Source of the DNA: an uncultured Acetobacteraceae bacterium
Lineage (GTDB): Bacteria > Pseudomonadota > Alphaproteobacteria > Acetobacterales > Acetobacteraceae
NCBI GenBank assembly: GCA_964246015.1
Contig: CAXTPG010000011.1
Span: 357-64,356 of the forward strand
Length of the DNA: 64,000 bases
Direction: 5' to 3'
The notes beneath the pieces were generated by a model that was not told the DNA's origin, searched no databases, and was given only the letters and a program-made list of their open reading frames with translations. Shown here one piece after another: positions 51,511 through 61,555 of this stretch. Every line of letters begins with the position of its first letter. Position 1 is the stretch's first letter. Made by a program: the position numbers and the translations under genes.

Positions 51511-53286
51511 CGGCCGGCACGCCTCCGCCAACCACGCGCGGGCCGCCCCGTCCAGCCGGGGCCCCACCTCCGCCAGCACCCGCCCGTGATAGGCGTCGAG
51601 CCAGGCCCGCTCCTTGACGGTCAGCATCTCCGCGTCGACCAGCCGCCGGTCGAACGGCGCCCAGGTCAGCACCTCGAACCCCAGGAAGGGCTTGCGCGCC
51701 ATGGGCGCCGGATGCGGCTGCACGATCAGAAGATTCTCGAGCCGGATGCCGTACCCGCCCGGCTCGTAGAACCCCGGCTCGTTCGACATGATCATCCCGG
51801 GCGCCAGCGCCACCGGCCTTGCGTTGCGCGACAGGCTGGCCGGCCCCTCGTGCACGCTCAGAAAGCTGCCGACGCCGTGCCCGGTGCCGTGGTCGTAATC
51901 CAGCCCCGCGGCCCACAACGCCCGCCGCGCGAACGCGTCGAGATGCGGCCCGGCAACCCCCTTCGGGAACACGGCCGTCGCGATCGCGATGTGTCCCTGC
52001 AGCACCCGCGTGAACCGGTCGCGCAACTCCGCCGGCGGCTGCCCCGGTCCCGTCCACACCGTCCGCGTCACGTCCGTCGTCCCGTCCGGATACTGCGCGC
52101 CGCTATCGATCAGATAGGTCTCGTCCGGACCCAGCACGCGGTCCGTCTCCGGCGACACGCGGTAATGGATGATGGCCCCGTTCGGCCCGGACCCCGAGAT
52201 GGCCGGGAAGCTCTCCTCGCGGAAGCCCGGGACCTCTCCGCGCAACGCCAGCAGCCGGGCCGCCGCCTGCATCTCCGTCGTGTCCGCCCGCCGGCCGGTA
52301 TCCAGCCAGTGCAGGAACCGGCAGACCGCGACCGCATCCCGGCGATGGGCCGCCCGCGCGCCGTCCTGCTCCGTCGCGTTCTTGCAGGACTTCGGCAGCG
52401 CGCAAGGGTCCGGCCCATCCATGACGCGCGCGCCCGCAGCCTCCAGCCGCTGCGCGAACCACACCGGCGCCCCGGCCCGATCGACCCGCACCGTCTTGCC
52501 CGAAAGCCCGGCAAGCGCACCCTCCAGCGCAGCCGGGGCCGCCACGGACACCCCGTTCCCCAGCCACGCCCGCGTCTCCGGCCCCAGCTTCCCGGGATCC
52601 ATGAAGACCTGCACCCCTCCGTCGTCGTGCAGGACCGCAAACCCGAGCGCGAACGGCGTGAACGACAGGTCCCCCCCCCGAATGTTGAGCAGCCACGCGA
52701 GCGACGCCGGGTCCGTCAGCACCGCCGCATCCTGCCCGGCCTCCCGCAACGCGCGCCCCAGCTCCGTCCGCTTCTCCGCCGACGCGACGCCCGAGTATTC
52801 CAGCCCATGCGGCACCGCCGCCGCCACCGGCGGCGCCGGGCGATCCGGCCAGGCCGCATCGATCGGATTCCGCTCGACCGGCACCATCGACAGCCCGGCA
52901 TCGACATACCGCGCCAGCCCGTCCGCGCTCATCAGCCGCGGGTCGTAGCCGATGCGCGCGCCCACCCCCGCGTGCTCCTGCAGCCACGCCGGCGCCGGCT
53001 CCTCGATCATGTGCCGCCGCTCGAACAGCGCCGGGTCGGTCTGCGTCTCCATCTGCGCCACATACCGCCCGTCCGTGAACGCCGCGGCCCGGTCCGGCAG
53101 GACGCAGGCAAGCCCGGCGCTGCCGGTGAACCCCGTCAACCAGGCCAGACGCTCCGCCCCGGGCGGGACATATTCACCCAGATGCTCATCGGCGCGTGGC
53201 ACCACGAAGCCCTGCAACCCTGCAGCGGAAAGCTCTGCCCGGACGGTTGCGAGGCGGTCGGCATGGGTGTCGGCGGCGATCATCAT
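51505..53286 (-). CDS. Aminopeptidase P / Xaa-Pro aminopeptidase family (M24B) protein
   Basis: Start chosen at MMIAADTHADRLATVR (53286). Has a creatinase/prolidase N-domain plus M24 metal-ligand blocks (YLIDSGAQY.DGTTDVTRT, HGTGHGVG, EPG.Y, GIR.EN). Confidence 0.9.
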   Translation of the reverse strand: MMIAADTHADRLATVRAELSAAGLQGFVVPRADEHLGEYVPPGAERLAWLTGFTGSAGLACVLPDRAAAFTDGRYVAQMETQTDPALFERRHMIEEPAPAWLQEHAGVGARIGYDPRLMSADGLARYVDAGLSMVPVERNPIDAAWPDRPAPPVAAAVPHGLEYSGVASAEKRTELGRALREAGQDAAVLTDPASLAWLLNIRGGDLSFTPFALGFAVLHDDGGVQVFMDPGKLGPETRAWLGNGVSVAAPAALEGALAGLSGKTVRVDRAGAPVWFAQRLEAAGARVMDGPDPCALPKSCKNATEQDGARAAHRRDAVAVCRFLHWLDTGRRADTTEMQAAARLLALRGEVPGFREESFPAISGSGPNGAIIHYRVSPETDRVLGPDETYLIDSGAQYPDGTTDVTRTVWTGPGQPPAELRDRFTRVLQGHIAIATAVFPKGVAGPHLDAFARRALWAAGLDYDHGTGHGVGSFLSVHEGPASLSRNARPVALAPGMIMSNEPGFYEPGGYGIRLENLLIVQPHPAPMARKPFLGFEVLTWAPFDRRLVDAEMLTVKERAWLDAYHGRVLAEVGPRLDGAARAWLAEACRPL

Positions 53287-53441
53287 TTCTTCACATTTCA
53301 CATAGCTGCGATCTGTTCCATGCGTTTGAAGCATGGCAGCGCAAGGCAGTTAGCACATGCAGCATCGGCCCGGCGGGCGCATATACCCGCCGTCACCGAA
53401 GCGGCAGCCCCTGCCGGAACCGACTTGAAAAGGATCGACAA

Positions 53442-53741
53442 ATGAATGCCCCGCTCGCCAAGGAGCAGATCGCGCTCCTGATGTCCGACAGCCTCACGTA
53501 CCGTTCGTCGGTCGTCCAGGGCACGGATGGCACGGTCGCCGAGCCGCGCCCCTCTTTCTTCGCCGTGCTGGCCCGGCGCGTATCCCGCGCCATGTCCGCC
53601 CTGGCTGCCCTGCCCCGCCGCCGGGCCGTGATCGACGAACTGAACATGCTCAGCGACCGCGAACTGGCCGATATCGGCCTCAGCCGCGCCGACCTGTCCC
53701 GCGTGTTCGACCCGGCCTTCACCGCCGCCCGCCGCGCCTGA
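53442..53741 (+). CDS. DUF1127 domain-containing small protein
   Basis: 99-aa internal ORF (ATG 53442). The C-terminal LSDRELADIGLSRADL is the DUF1127 signature. Confidence 0.75.
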   Translation: MNAPLAKEQIALLMSDSLTYRSSVVQGTDGTVAEPRPSFFAVLARRVSRAMSALAALPRRRAVIDELNMLSDRELADIGLSRADLSRVFDPAFTAARRA

Positions 53742-53756
53742 TCCACAGGCTGGACG

Positions 53757-54671
53757 TCATCCCCGGGCCTGGCCCGGGGACCTCGTCCATGGTTTCCGGA
53801 TCACCAGCGTCGCCCACTGCCCCTCCGTCAGCACGCGGTCCAGCACCAATCCCTGACGCCGGTGCGCCGCCAGCACCATCCGGATCTGGTTGACCAGCAA
53901 GCCTGCCAGCACCGCCCGCCCGCCCGGCGCCAGGTGCAAGCCCAAATCCCGCGCCATCGCACATAGCGGCCGCGCCAGGATGTTCGCGAACACCAGCGCA
54001 TAGGGCCCGCCGCCCCGCACCACGGGCGCCCGCCACCCATCCGCCAGCACCGCCCGCACCAGCCGCGACACCCCGTTCGCCGCCGCATTCTGCCGCGCGA
54101 CCCGAACCGACCACGGCTCGATATCCGTCGCCAGCACCCGCCGCCGCAGCCGCTTCGCCGCCGCCATCGCCAGGATGCCCGACCCCGTCCCCAGGTCCAG
54201 CAGCGCCCCCGGGCCCACCCGCACACCCTCGAACGCCCGCAAGCAGCCCCGCGTCGATCCGTGCTCGCCGGACCCGAATGCAAGCCCCGCATCCAAGGTC
54301 AGCACGATCATCCCCGCCGGTTCGGGCCCCGCATCATGCGTCCCGCGCACCAGGAACCGCCGGCCAACCCGCTGCGGCGGAAACGACGCCTGCGTCCGCG
54401 CAAGCCACCCCTCCGCCTCCGTCGCCGCCCGCTCCACCCCGGCGTCCACGCCCGACGTCAATGCGGCCAGCAGCAATGCCCGGTCCAGCGGCCCCCGATC
54501 CGCCCCGGCCTCGCGCACGCCCTCCACCCGCCAGGTCCGGGCATCCTCGTCGACCAGGAAGAACCCCACCGTCTCACATGTCGACGTGAACGCCGCCTCG
54601 TACGCCTCCAGCGCCGCCTCCGGCACCGTGACCGACACCGTCTCCAGCGGTCCCGCCCTTCGCTTCATCAT
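53757..54671 (-). CDS. prmA: Ribosomal protein L11 methyltransferase
   Basis: Start at MMKRRAGPLETVSVTVP (54671). Contains FGSGEH.ST, the SAM motif LDLGTGSGILAMAA, D.D, and ANIL. Confidence 0.85.
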   Translation of the reverse strand: MMKRRAGPLETVSVTVPEAALEAYEAAFTSTCETVGFFLVDEDARTWRVEGVREAGADRGPLDRALLLAALTSGVDAGVERAATEAEGWLARTQASFPPQRVGRRFLVRGTHDAGPEPAGMIVLTLDAGLAFGSGEHGSTRGCLRAFEGVRVGPGALLDLGTGSGILAMAAAKRLRRRVLATDIEPWSVRVARQNAAANGVSRLVRAVLADGWRAPVVRGGGPYALVFANILARPLCAMARDLGLHLAPGGRAVLAGLLVNQIRMVLAAHRRQGLVLDRVLTEGQWATLVIRKPWTRSPGQARG

Positions 54672-54678
54672 CGGCGCT

Positions 54679-56874
54679 TCATGCCCGCTCCACGAAGCGG
54701 TCCAGCAGCCGCTTCTGCCCGGCCTTTTCGAACAGCACCTCCAGCCGGTCGTCATCCACATCCAGCACCCGCCCGTACCCGAACTTCTGATGGAACACCC
54801 GGCTTCCCACCGGGATCGCCTCCGCCCGGGCGGGCCGCGCCGGCTGCTCCCATGCCTCGATCACCTTCGGCGTGGCCGCCCGCCGGGCCACCAGCGGTCC
54901 GTTGCCGAACACGCTGGGTGCCGAGAGCAGCCGCTGCTCCCGCTGCAACGCCGCAGACCCCGCCCGTTCCACATGCGCCTCCGGCAGCTCGTCGACGAAC
55001 CGGCTCGGGATGCTGCTCTGCCAGTTCGCATAAAGGCGCCGGTTGGCGGCGTAGCTGACGATCGCCCGCTTCCGTGCCCGCGTCAGGCCGACATATGCAA
55101 GCCGCCGCTCCTCCTCCAGCCCCTTCTGCCCTCCTTCGTCCAGCGTCCGCTGGCTCGGGAACAGTCCTTCCTCCCATCCCGGCAGGAACACCGTGTCGAA
55201 CTCCAGCCCCTTCGCCCCGTGCAGCGTCATCATGCTGCACCGGTCGCCCTCGGCGTTCTCCTCGTTCTCCATCACCAGGCTGACATGGTCCAGGAACCCG
55301 GCCAGGCTCTCGAAGTCCGCCAAGGCCCGGACCAGCTCCTTCAGGTTCTCGATCCGCCCGGGCGCGTCCGGCGACTTGTCCGCCTGCCACATCGCCATGT
55401 ACCCGCTCTCGTCCAGCATCGTCGCCAGCACGATGACATGCCCGTCCCGCGGCAGCGCCTCCCGCCATCGCGCCAGGTTCGCGAACAGCGACGCCAGGCC
55501 GTCCCGCAGCTTGCCCTTCAGCGCCCCGGCCCGCACGAGCCCTTCCGCCGCCTCGGTCAGCGGCACGCCCTGCGCCCGCGCCGCCTCGTGCATCGTCCGC
55601 AGCGCGCCCTCGCCCACGCCGCGCCGGGGCACGTTCACGATCCGCTCGAACGCGAGGTCGTCTGCCGGCTGGTGCAGCACCCGCATATACGCGACCGCGT
55701 CCCGGATCTCGGCCCGCTCGTAGAACCGCAGCCCGCCGATGATCCGGTACGGCGTCCCCTGGACGATCAGCCGCTCCTCGAACGCCCGCGTCTGCGCCGT
55801 CGTCCGCACCAGGATCGCGATCTCGCTCAACGGGTGCCCGTCCCGCCGCAGCGCCTCGATCCGCTCGCCCACCATGCGGGCCTCCTCGTCCGAGTCCCAC
55901 AGCGACACGACGCTCACCGGCTCCCCGGCCGCATCGTTCCGCCCCGACCGCAGCGTCTTGCCCAGCCGCCCCTCGTTGTTCGCGATCAACCCCGCCGCGG
56001 CCCCCAGGATCGGCGCCGTGCTGCGGTAGTTCCGCTCCAGCCGCACGATGACCGCCCCCGGGAAGTCCTTCTCGAACCGAAGGATGTTCTCCACCTCCGC
56101 GCCCCGCCACGAATAGATGCTCTGGTCGTCGTCGCCCACGCAGCAGATGTTCTTGTGCGCCTGCGCCAGCAACCGCAGCCACAGATACTGGACGACGTTC
56201 GTGTCCTGATATTCGTCGACCAGGATGTAGCGGAACCGCCGCCCGTACTCGGCCAGGATATCCGGGTGGCCGCGCAATATCTCCGTCATGTGCAACAGCA
56301 GATCGCCGAAGTCGCAGGTGTTCAACTGCCGCAGCCGCGCCTGGTAGGCGCCATACAGCGTGCGCGACAGGCCGCCCGCGAAATCCCCCTCCTCCGACGC
56401 CGGCACCTTGTCCGGGACCACGCCGCGGTCCTTCCAGCGCTGGATCATTCCCATCAGCACCTGCGGCAACCACCGCTTCGCATCGATCCGCGCCGCCTCC
56501 ATCACCTGCTTCAGCAGCCGCAACTGATCGTCGGAATCGAGGATCGTGAACCCGCTCGTCAGGCCCACGATGTGCGCGTGCCGCCGCAGCATCCGCGCGC
56601 ACAGCGCATGGAACGTTCCCAGCCACAGCCCTTCTGCGGGCCGGCCCAGGATCGCGCCCACGCGCTCCCGCATCTCCCGCGCCGCCTTGTTCGTGAACGT
56701 CACCGCCAGCACCTGCCCCGGCGCCGCCCGGCCTGTCAGCAGGATGTGCGCGAACCGGGTCGTCAGCACGCGGGTCTTGCCCGTGCCGGCGCCGGCCAGC
56801 ACCAGCACCGGGCCGTCCACGGCCTCGACCGCCGCCCGCTGCTCGGGGTTCAGGCGGGCCAGGTATTCCGTCAT
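54679..56874 (-). CDS. uvrD: UvrD/Rep/PcrA-family ATP-dependent DNA helicase
   Basis: 731 aa. Helicase motifs: LNPEQRAAV, AGAGTGKT, TFTNKAA.EM, VDEYQDTN, GDDDQSIYSWRGA, YRS, T.H.AKG.EF..VF, and RRLAYVG.TRA. Confidence 0.95.
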   Translation of the reverse strand: MTEYLARLNPEQRAAVEAVDGPVLVLAGAGTGKTRVLTTRFAHILLTGRAAPGQVLAVTFTNKAAREMRERVGAILGRPAEGLWLGTFHALCARMLRRHAHIVGLTSGFTILDSDDQLRLLKQVMEAARIDAKRWLPQVLMGMIQRWKDRGVVPDKVPASEEGDFAGGLSRTLYGAYQARLRQLNTCDFGDLLLHMTEILRGHPDILAEYGRRFRYILVDEYQDTNVVQYLWLRLLAQAHKNICCVGDDDQSIYSWRGAEVENILRFEKDFPGAVIVRLERNYRSTAPILGAAAGLIANNEGRLGKTLRSGRNDAAGEPVSVVSLWDSDEEARMVGERIEALRRDGHPLSEIAILVRTTAQTRAFEERLIVQGTPYRIIGGLRFYERAEIRDAVAYMRVLHQPADDLAFERIVNVPRRGVGEGALRTMHEAARAQGVPLTEAAEGLVRAGALKGKLRDGLASLFANLARWREALPRDGHVIVLATMLDESGYMAMWQADKSPDAPGRIENLKELVRALADFESLAGFLDHVSLVMENEENAEGDRCSMMTLHGAKGLEFDTVFLPGWEEGLFPSQRTLDEGGQKGLEEERRLAYVGLTRARKRAIVSYAANRRLYANWQSSIPSRFVDELPEAHVERAGSAALQREQRLLSAPSVFGNGPLVARRAATPKVIEAWEQPARPARAEAIPVGSRVFHQKFGYGRVLDVDDDRLEVLFEKAGQKRLLDRFVERA

Positions 56875-56916
56875 GCCGGGTTGCTGCGTCGCGTCACGGC
56901 CGGGCTATAGACCCCT

Positions 56917-57903
56917 ATGCACCGCCAGGCCAACCCGCTGCTGCACCAACCGCTCCGCGCTTTGGCGTGGTCCGCCCGCAAAGGCTCCATCCTGCTCGCC
57001 GTCGGCATCTTCGGCGGCGTGCTGTCGCCCGGTCTGGCCGCAGCCTTTAAGGGGTTCGTCACCCCCAACGTGCTGCTGATGACGACGCTGGTCCTGCTCC
57101 GCGTGGACCTGCCGCGCACGCTCGCGCATCTGAAGCGCCCGGTCCGCGTGGGCGCCATCGTGCTGTTCCAGATGCTGGTCTGCCCGTTGATCGCCTGGGC
57201 CGCCGTGGCGCCCCTGCCGCTCGATCCCGGGATCGCCGCGGGCGTCGTGATCTTCGCGACGGGATGCGCCGCAACGTCGTCGGCCGCCTTCGCGCGGCTT
57301 GTGGGGCTCGATCCCGACCTCTCGCTGCTCGCGACCCTGGCGATGCTGGTCCTGGTGCCGATCACGGCGCCGCCGATCGCGCTCTGGCTGCTGGGCATCG
57401 ATCTCTCGCTCTCGACGCCGGCGTTCATGGGCCGGCTGTTGCTGGTCGTGGGGCTGCCCATGCTCCTGTCGCTGCTCCTGCGCCGCCTGATCGGCCGCGC
57501 GGCGCTGGACCGCTGGGGCGATGCGGTGGACGGGGCGCTGGTCTGGCTCGTCGTGTTCTACGGTTTCGCGGTCATGGACGGCCTGGCGCCCCGCATGGCC
57601 AACGACCCGGCCTGGGTCGTCCAGGCCCTGCTCGCCGCCTTCGCGGTCGACTACGGGCTGAACGCCGCGACGACGCTGGCCTTCGCCCGATGGGGGATCC
57701 GCCCCGCCGCGACGGCCGGGCTGATGAGCGGCAACCGCAACATGGCGCTCTATCTGGCCGTGCTGCCCGCCACCACGGACCCCCGCATCACCCTCTTCTT
57801 CGGCCTCTGCCAGTTCCCGCTGTTTCTCAGCCCGTTCCTGCTCAGGCCAGCGTATCGCTGGCTGCTGGCCGCACGCCCAGCAGATGCGCGATCGCATAGG
57901 TGA
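56917..57903 (+). CDS. Bile acid:sodium symporter (BASS)-like family membrane transporter
   Basis: 328 aa with about 9-10 TM segments. GNRN motif (SGNRNMAL). The family assignment is from overall pattern only. Confidence 0.6.
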   Translation: MHRQANPLLHQPLRALAWSARKGSILLAVGIFGGVLSPGLAAAFKGFVTPNVLLMTTLVLLRVDLPRTLAHLKRPVRVGAIVLFQMLVCPLIAWAAVAPLPLDPGIAAGVVIFATGCAATSSAAFARLVGLDPDLSLLATLAMLVLVPITAPPIALWLLGIDLSLSTPAFMGRLLLVVGLPMLLSLLLRRLIGRAALDRWGDAVDGALVWLVVFYGFAVMDGLAPRMANDPAWVVQALLAAFAVDYGLNAATTLAFARWGIRPAATAGLMSGNRNMALYLAVLPATTDPRITLFFGLCQFPLFLSPFLLRPAYRWLLAARPADARSHR

Positions 57904-58828
57904 GGTCGGGCCGGTTCAGCGTGTAGAAATGGAACTCGTCGACGCCGTTCGCCTGCAGCAAGCGCACCTGCTCGGCCGCGACGATCGCCGCGATCATCCG
58001 CCGCAGCTCCGGATCGTTCTCCGTCCCCTCGAACAGCGGCCCCATCCATGCGGGTACGGACGTGCCGCACATCGCGCTGAACTTGGCGGCCTGCGCGTAG
58101 TTCGAGACAGGCATGATCCCGGGCACGATCGGCGCCGTGATCCCCGCGGCCAACGCCCGGTCCAGGAAACGCAGGAACATCGTGCCGTCGAAGAAATACT
58201 GCGTGATCGCCCGCGTCGCGCCGGCATCCAGCTTGCGCTTCAAGTTGTCGACGTCGTGGTCCGCGCTCAGCGCCGTCGGATGGGTTTCCGGATACGCCGC
58301 GACCGAAATCTCGAAGTCGGCCACCCGCTTCAGCCCGGCCACGAGGTCCGTCGCGTAGGCGTAGCCCTCCGGATGCGGCGCATACGCCTCACCCGGTGGC
58401 GCATCGCCCCGCAACGCCACGATGTGCCGCACGCCCGCATCCCAATACTGCCGCGCCACGTCGTCCACTTCGCCCCGCGACGCGCCCACGCAGGTCAGGT
58501 GCGCCGCCGGTGTCAGCGTCGTCTCCGTCACGATCCGCGCCACCGTCGCATGCGTCCGCGTCTGCGTCGTGCCGCCCGCCCCATACGTCACGCTGACGAA
58601 CCGGGGCGCCAGCGGCTCCAGCCGCCGGATGCACGTCCACAACTGCGTTTCCAACGCCTCCGTCTTCGGCGGAAAGAACTCGAACGACAGCGCCGGCGGC
58701 GACAACACGGCCGAGCGGGGTGGCAATCCGTCGAACCTGGGGCCGGTCAACCACCGCTCGATGGTGGCAGACCCTGCCTCGGGCTGCGGCTTCTGTGGCG
58801 TGACCTGGTTCATCCCGGCGCTATCCAT
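57842..58828 (-). CDS. metF: Methylenetetrahydrofolate reductase
   Basis: Start at MDSAGMNQ (58828), or alternatively 58813. Blocks: SFEFFPPKT, FVSVTYGAGG, HLTC, ALRGD, ITQ.FFD, IVPGIMP, HFYTLN. Confidence 0.9.
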   Translation of the reverse strand: MDSAGMNQVTPQKPQPEAGSATIERWLTGPRFDGLPPRSAVLSPPALSFEFFPPKTEALETQLWTCIRRLEPLAPRFVSVTYGAGGTTQTRTHATVARIVTETTLTPAAHLTCVGASRGEVDDVARQYWDAGVRHIVALRGDAPPGEAYAPHPEGYAYATDLVAGLKRVADFEISVAAYPETHPTALSADHDVDNLKRKLDAGATRAITQYFFDGTMFLRFLDRALAAGITAPIVPGIMPVSNYAQAAKFSAMCGTSVPAWMGPLFEGTENDPELRRMIAAIVAAEQVRLLQANGVDEFHFYTLNRPDLTYAIAHLLGVRPAASDTLA

Positions 58829-58929
58829 GTTGTGATCGTGCAAGCCCGCACGTGCTGCCTGTAATATAGCGGCTCCCGGGCGCAACGCCATTCGCGCTCT
58901 TACGTTGGCTGCCCTGCCGTACTGGATCG

Positions 58930-59694
58930 ATGATGCTCCGACCGCTTGCTCGCCTGACCTCGGTCCTCCTCCTCGCCGCCCTTGCAGCCTGCGCGTCCGC
59001 GCCCCCGGCCACCGATCCGGACGCGGTCGCCGAGTTCCGCCAGAACAACGACCCGCTGGAACCCACCAACCGGTTCCTGTATCGCGTCAACGACGGCATC
59101 GACACGTACGTGTTCCGTCCGGTCGCCGTCGCCTACCGCTACGCGGTGCCGGGCATGGCGCGCCGCCACGTGCACAACCTGCTGTCCAACATGTCGAGCC
59201 CCATCATCTTCGCCAACGACGTGATGCAGGCGAAGCCGCGCCGCGCGGGCGACACGCTGGTGCGCTTCGCGATCAACACCACCGCAGGCGTCGGCGGCCT
59301 GTTCGACGTCGCGACCGACCTGGGCTACCCCGCCCACGACACCGATTTCGGCGTGACCATGGCGCTCTGGGGCGTCGGCGAGGGCCCGTTCCTGTTCCTC
59401 CCCATCATCGGCCCAAGCAACCCGCGCGACGCCGGCGGCTTCGCCGGGAACGCCGTGCTCGACCCGTTCACCTGGGCCAGCTTCGGCGGCAGCAATGCGC
59501 TGCGCTACTCGAAGTTCGGGCTGGGCGCCGTCGATGCGCGGGAGCGCGTGCTGGACACCACCGACAACATCAAGAAGACCGCGCTCGATCCCTACGCCAC
59601 CTACCGCAGCCTCTACCGCCAGAACCGCCAGTCCACCATCGACCAGACCCGTGGCGACGATCGTGGGACGGTCCCTGCCTGGTTTAACCGTTGA
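58930..59694 (+). CDS. mlaA: MlaA/VacJ family outer-membrane lipoprotein
   Basis: 254 aa. Lipobox LAAC. Motifs DPLEPTNR..Y..ND..D and RF.INTT.G..GLFDVA. Confidence 0.9.
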   Translation: MMLRPLARLTSVLLLAALAACASAPPATDPDAVAEFRQNNDPLEPTNRFLYRVNDGIDTYVFRPVAVAYRYAVPGMARRHVHNLLSNMSSPIIFANDVMQAKPRRAGDTLVRFAINTTAGVGGLFDVATDLGYPAHDTDFGVTMALWGVGEGPFLFLPIIGPSNPRDAGGFAGNAVLDPFTWASFGGSNALRYSKFGLGAVDARERVLDTTDNIKKTALDPYATYRSLYRQNRQSTIDQTRGDDRGTVPAWFNR

Positions 59695-59725
59695 CCTTCC
59701 AGCCTCAGGAAAGTAGCTCCACCCC

Positions 59726-60328
59726 ATGCTGACACGACGCCACCTGCTGGTTTGCACCGCCATGACCGGACTGCTCCTTGCGGCCGGGCCGCGCGCCTGG
59801 GCGCAGGGCACGGGGGAGGCCACGAACTTCGTGGTCAAGCTCGGCAACGACCTTGTCGCCATCATCAACGGCGCCGGCAGCTACGACGACAAGAAGCGCC
59901 GCCTGCAACCGGTCATCGAGGCGGTGGTGGATGTGGACGGCATCGCCCGCTTCTGCCTCGGCCGCTTTGCCCGGACCGCCACCCCGGCCCAGGTGACCGA
60001 GTTCACACGCCTGTTCCATGACGTGCTGATGAACAACATCTTCGGCAAGATCGGCGAGTTCCAGGGCGTCACCTTCAACCCGACCACGACGACGCAGCGC
60101 GAGCAGGACATTCTGGTGGGCACCCTCATCAAGCGTCCGAACCAGCAGCCCAACACCGTCCAGTGGGTCGTGACCCAGGTGAGCGGCCGCATGAAGATTG
60201 TCGATGTCGTCGCCGAGGGCACCAGCCTCCGCCTGACCCAGCGGTCCGACTACGCCGCCTACATGCAGCGCAACAACAACGACGTCGATGCCCTGATCGG
60301 CGCCATGAAGCAGCAGATCGCCCGCTGA
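59726..60328 (+). CDS. mlaC: Phospholipid-binding protein MlaC (Ttg2D/toluene-tolerance family)
   Basis: 200 aa with a signal peptide. The motifs D...IARF.LGRF, W.V......KI.DV..EG.SL..T.R.D are typical. Confidence 0.8.
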   Translation: MLTRRHLLVCTAMTGLLLAAGPRAWAQGTGEATNFVVKLGNDLVAIINGAGSYDDKKRRLQPVIEAVVDVDGIARFCLGRFARTATPAQVTEFTRLFHDVLMNNIFGKIGEFQGVTFNPTTTTQREQDILVGTLIKRPNQQPNTVQWVVTQVSGRMKIVDVVAEGTSLRLTQRSDYAAYMQRNNNDVDALIGAMKQQIAR

Positions 60329-60355
60329 TCGCCTGGGGCCGGCATATGCCGGCCG

Positions 60356-61555
60356 TCAACCCGCCCCGACGACCTCCGGCACCCGCTCCGCCGGAGGCGT
60401 GTTCCGGCTGCGCCCGCACCGCACCAGGCCGTCGATGATCACCATGCCGATCCCCGGCAGGTCGCCTTTCTGCACGCTGTCCAGCAGATCGGTTCCCGAC
60501 GAGTGCTGCGCCCGGTCCATCAGCACGAAGTCGGCGGTCCGTCCCACCTCGATCATCCCGCATTCCAGCTTGCGCATCCGGGCCGTATTGCCCGTCGCGC
60601 AGCAGAACACCGTCTCCGCCGGCGTGTCGCCAAGGCTGCTCAGCAACGCGATCATCCGCAGGATACCCAGCGGCTGCACGCCCGACCCGGCCGGCCCGTC
60701 CGTGCCCAGGATCACCCTGTCGAGCTGCCCCAACTCCTTCGCGAACCGCAGCGCCGACAGTCCGGCCAGCTCGTTCCCGTTGTGCACGATCTCGATCCCG
60801 CGCCCGCATCCCTCGCACAGGCAGCGGATCTGACGCAGCGGCAGCGCCGTGTGTCCGCCGTTGATGTGGCCGATGATGTCCGCATCGGCTTCCAGGACCG
60901 TGTCCGCATCGATGTAGCCGCTGCCAGGCACGCTCGGCCCGCCGGTATGGATCGTGCTCTGGATCCCGTACTTCCGCGCCCAGGCGACCATCTGCTTCGC
61001 CTCGGCCCCGGCCTTCACGGTTCCCAACCCCACCTCCCCCAGCAGCGTCACGCCGGCTGCCGCGAGTTCGGAGAAGTCGCTCTCGACCATCCCCTGCTCG
61101 ATCACCGGCGCGCCCGCCAGCACCTTCACCCCACCCGGCCGGAAATTCGCGTAGGCCCGCTGCGCCGTGATCGCCAGCGCCTTCACCCCGATGATGTCCC
61201 GCGGCCGCCCCGGCAGATGCACCTCGCCGGCCGAGATCATCGTCGTGACCCCTCCGTTCATGGTGCTGTCGATCCAGCCGAGCTGCCCCTGCCGCGGTGT
61301 CCAGTCGCCGAACACCGGATGCACGTGGCTGTCGATCAGCCCCGGTGACAACGCGCACCCATGGGCGTCGATGACCACCTGCGCATCGCCCGTATCGCAT
61401 TCGGCCGCGCGGCCCACAGCGGTGATGCGGCCGCCCTCCGCGACCACGGTATCGGCATCCAGGATCGGCTGCTCCAGCCGGCCCGACAGCAGCAATCCGA
61501 TGTTCCGGATCACCATCTTGCCGCGCTGAGTCTCGGGTCCCGCTGCCAGCGCCAT
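60356..61555 (-). CDS. Metal-dependent amidohydrolase (enamidase-like)
   Basis: 399 aa. HxH motif (LIDSHVHP) and later His/Asp ligands. The start at 61555 shares 1 nt with the marR stop (TGATG); an alternative start is MVIRNIG at 61516. Confidence 0.75.
   Translation of the reverse strand: MALAAGPETQRGKMVIRNIGLLLSGRLEQPILDADTVVAEGGRITAVGRAAECDTGDAQVVIDAHGCALSPGLIDSHVHPVFGDWTPRQGQLGWIDSTMNGGVTTMISAGEVHLPGRPRDIIGVKALAITAQRAYANFRPGGVKVLAGAPVIEQGMVESDFSELAAAGVTLLGEVGLGTVKAGAEAKQMVAWARKYGIQSTIHTGGPSVPGSGYIDADTVLEADADIIGHINGGHTALPLRQIRCLCEGCGRGIEIVHNGNELAGLSALRFAKELGQLDRVILGTDGPAGSGVQPLGILRMIALLSSLGDTPAETVFCCATGNTARMRKLECGMIEVGRTADFVLMDRAQHSSGTDLLDSVQKGDLPGIGMVIIDGLVRCGRSRNTPPAERVPEVVGAG

Noticed and set aside
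58829-58929. Possible SAM or folate-type riboswitch in the leader between metF and mlaA.
   Set aside because: The region is only about 100 nt and is shared by divergent promoters. I could not recognise any conserved riboswitch core by eye, so this would need a covariance-model scan.
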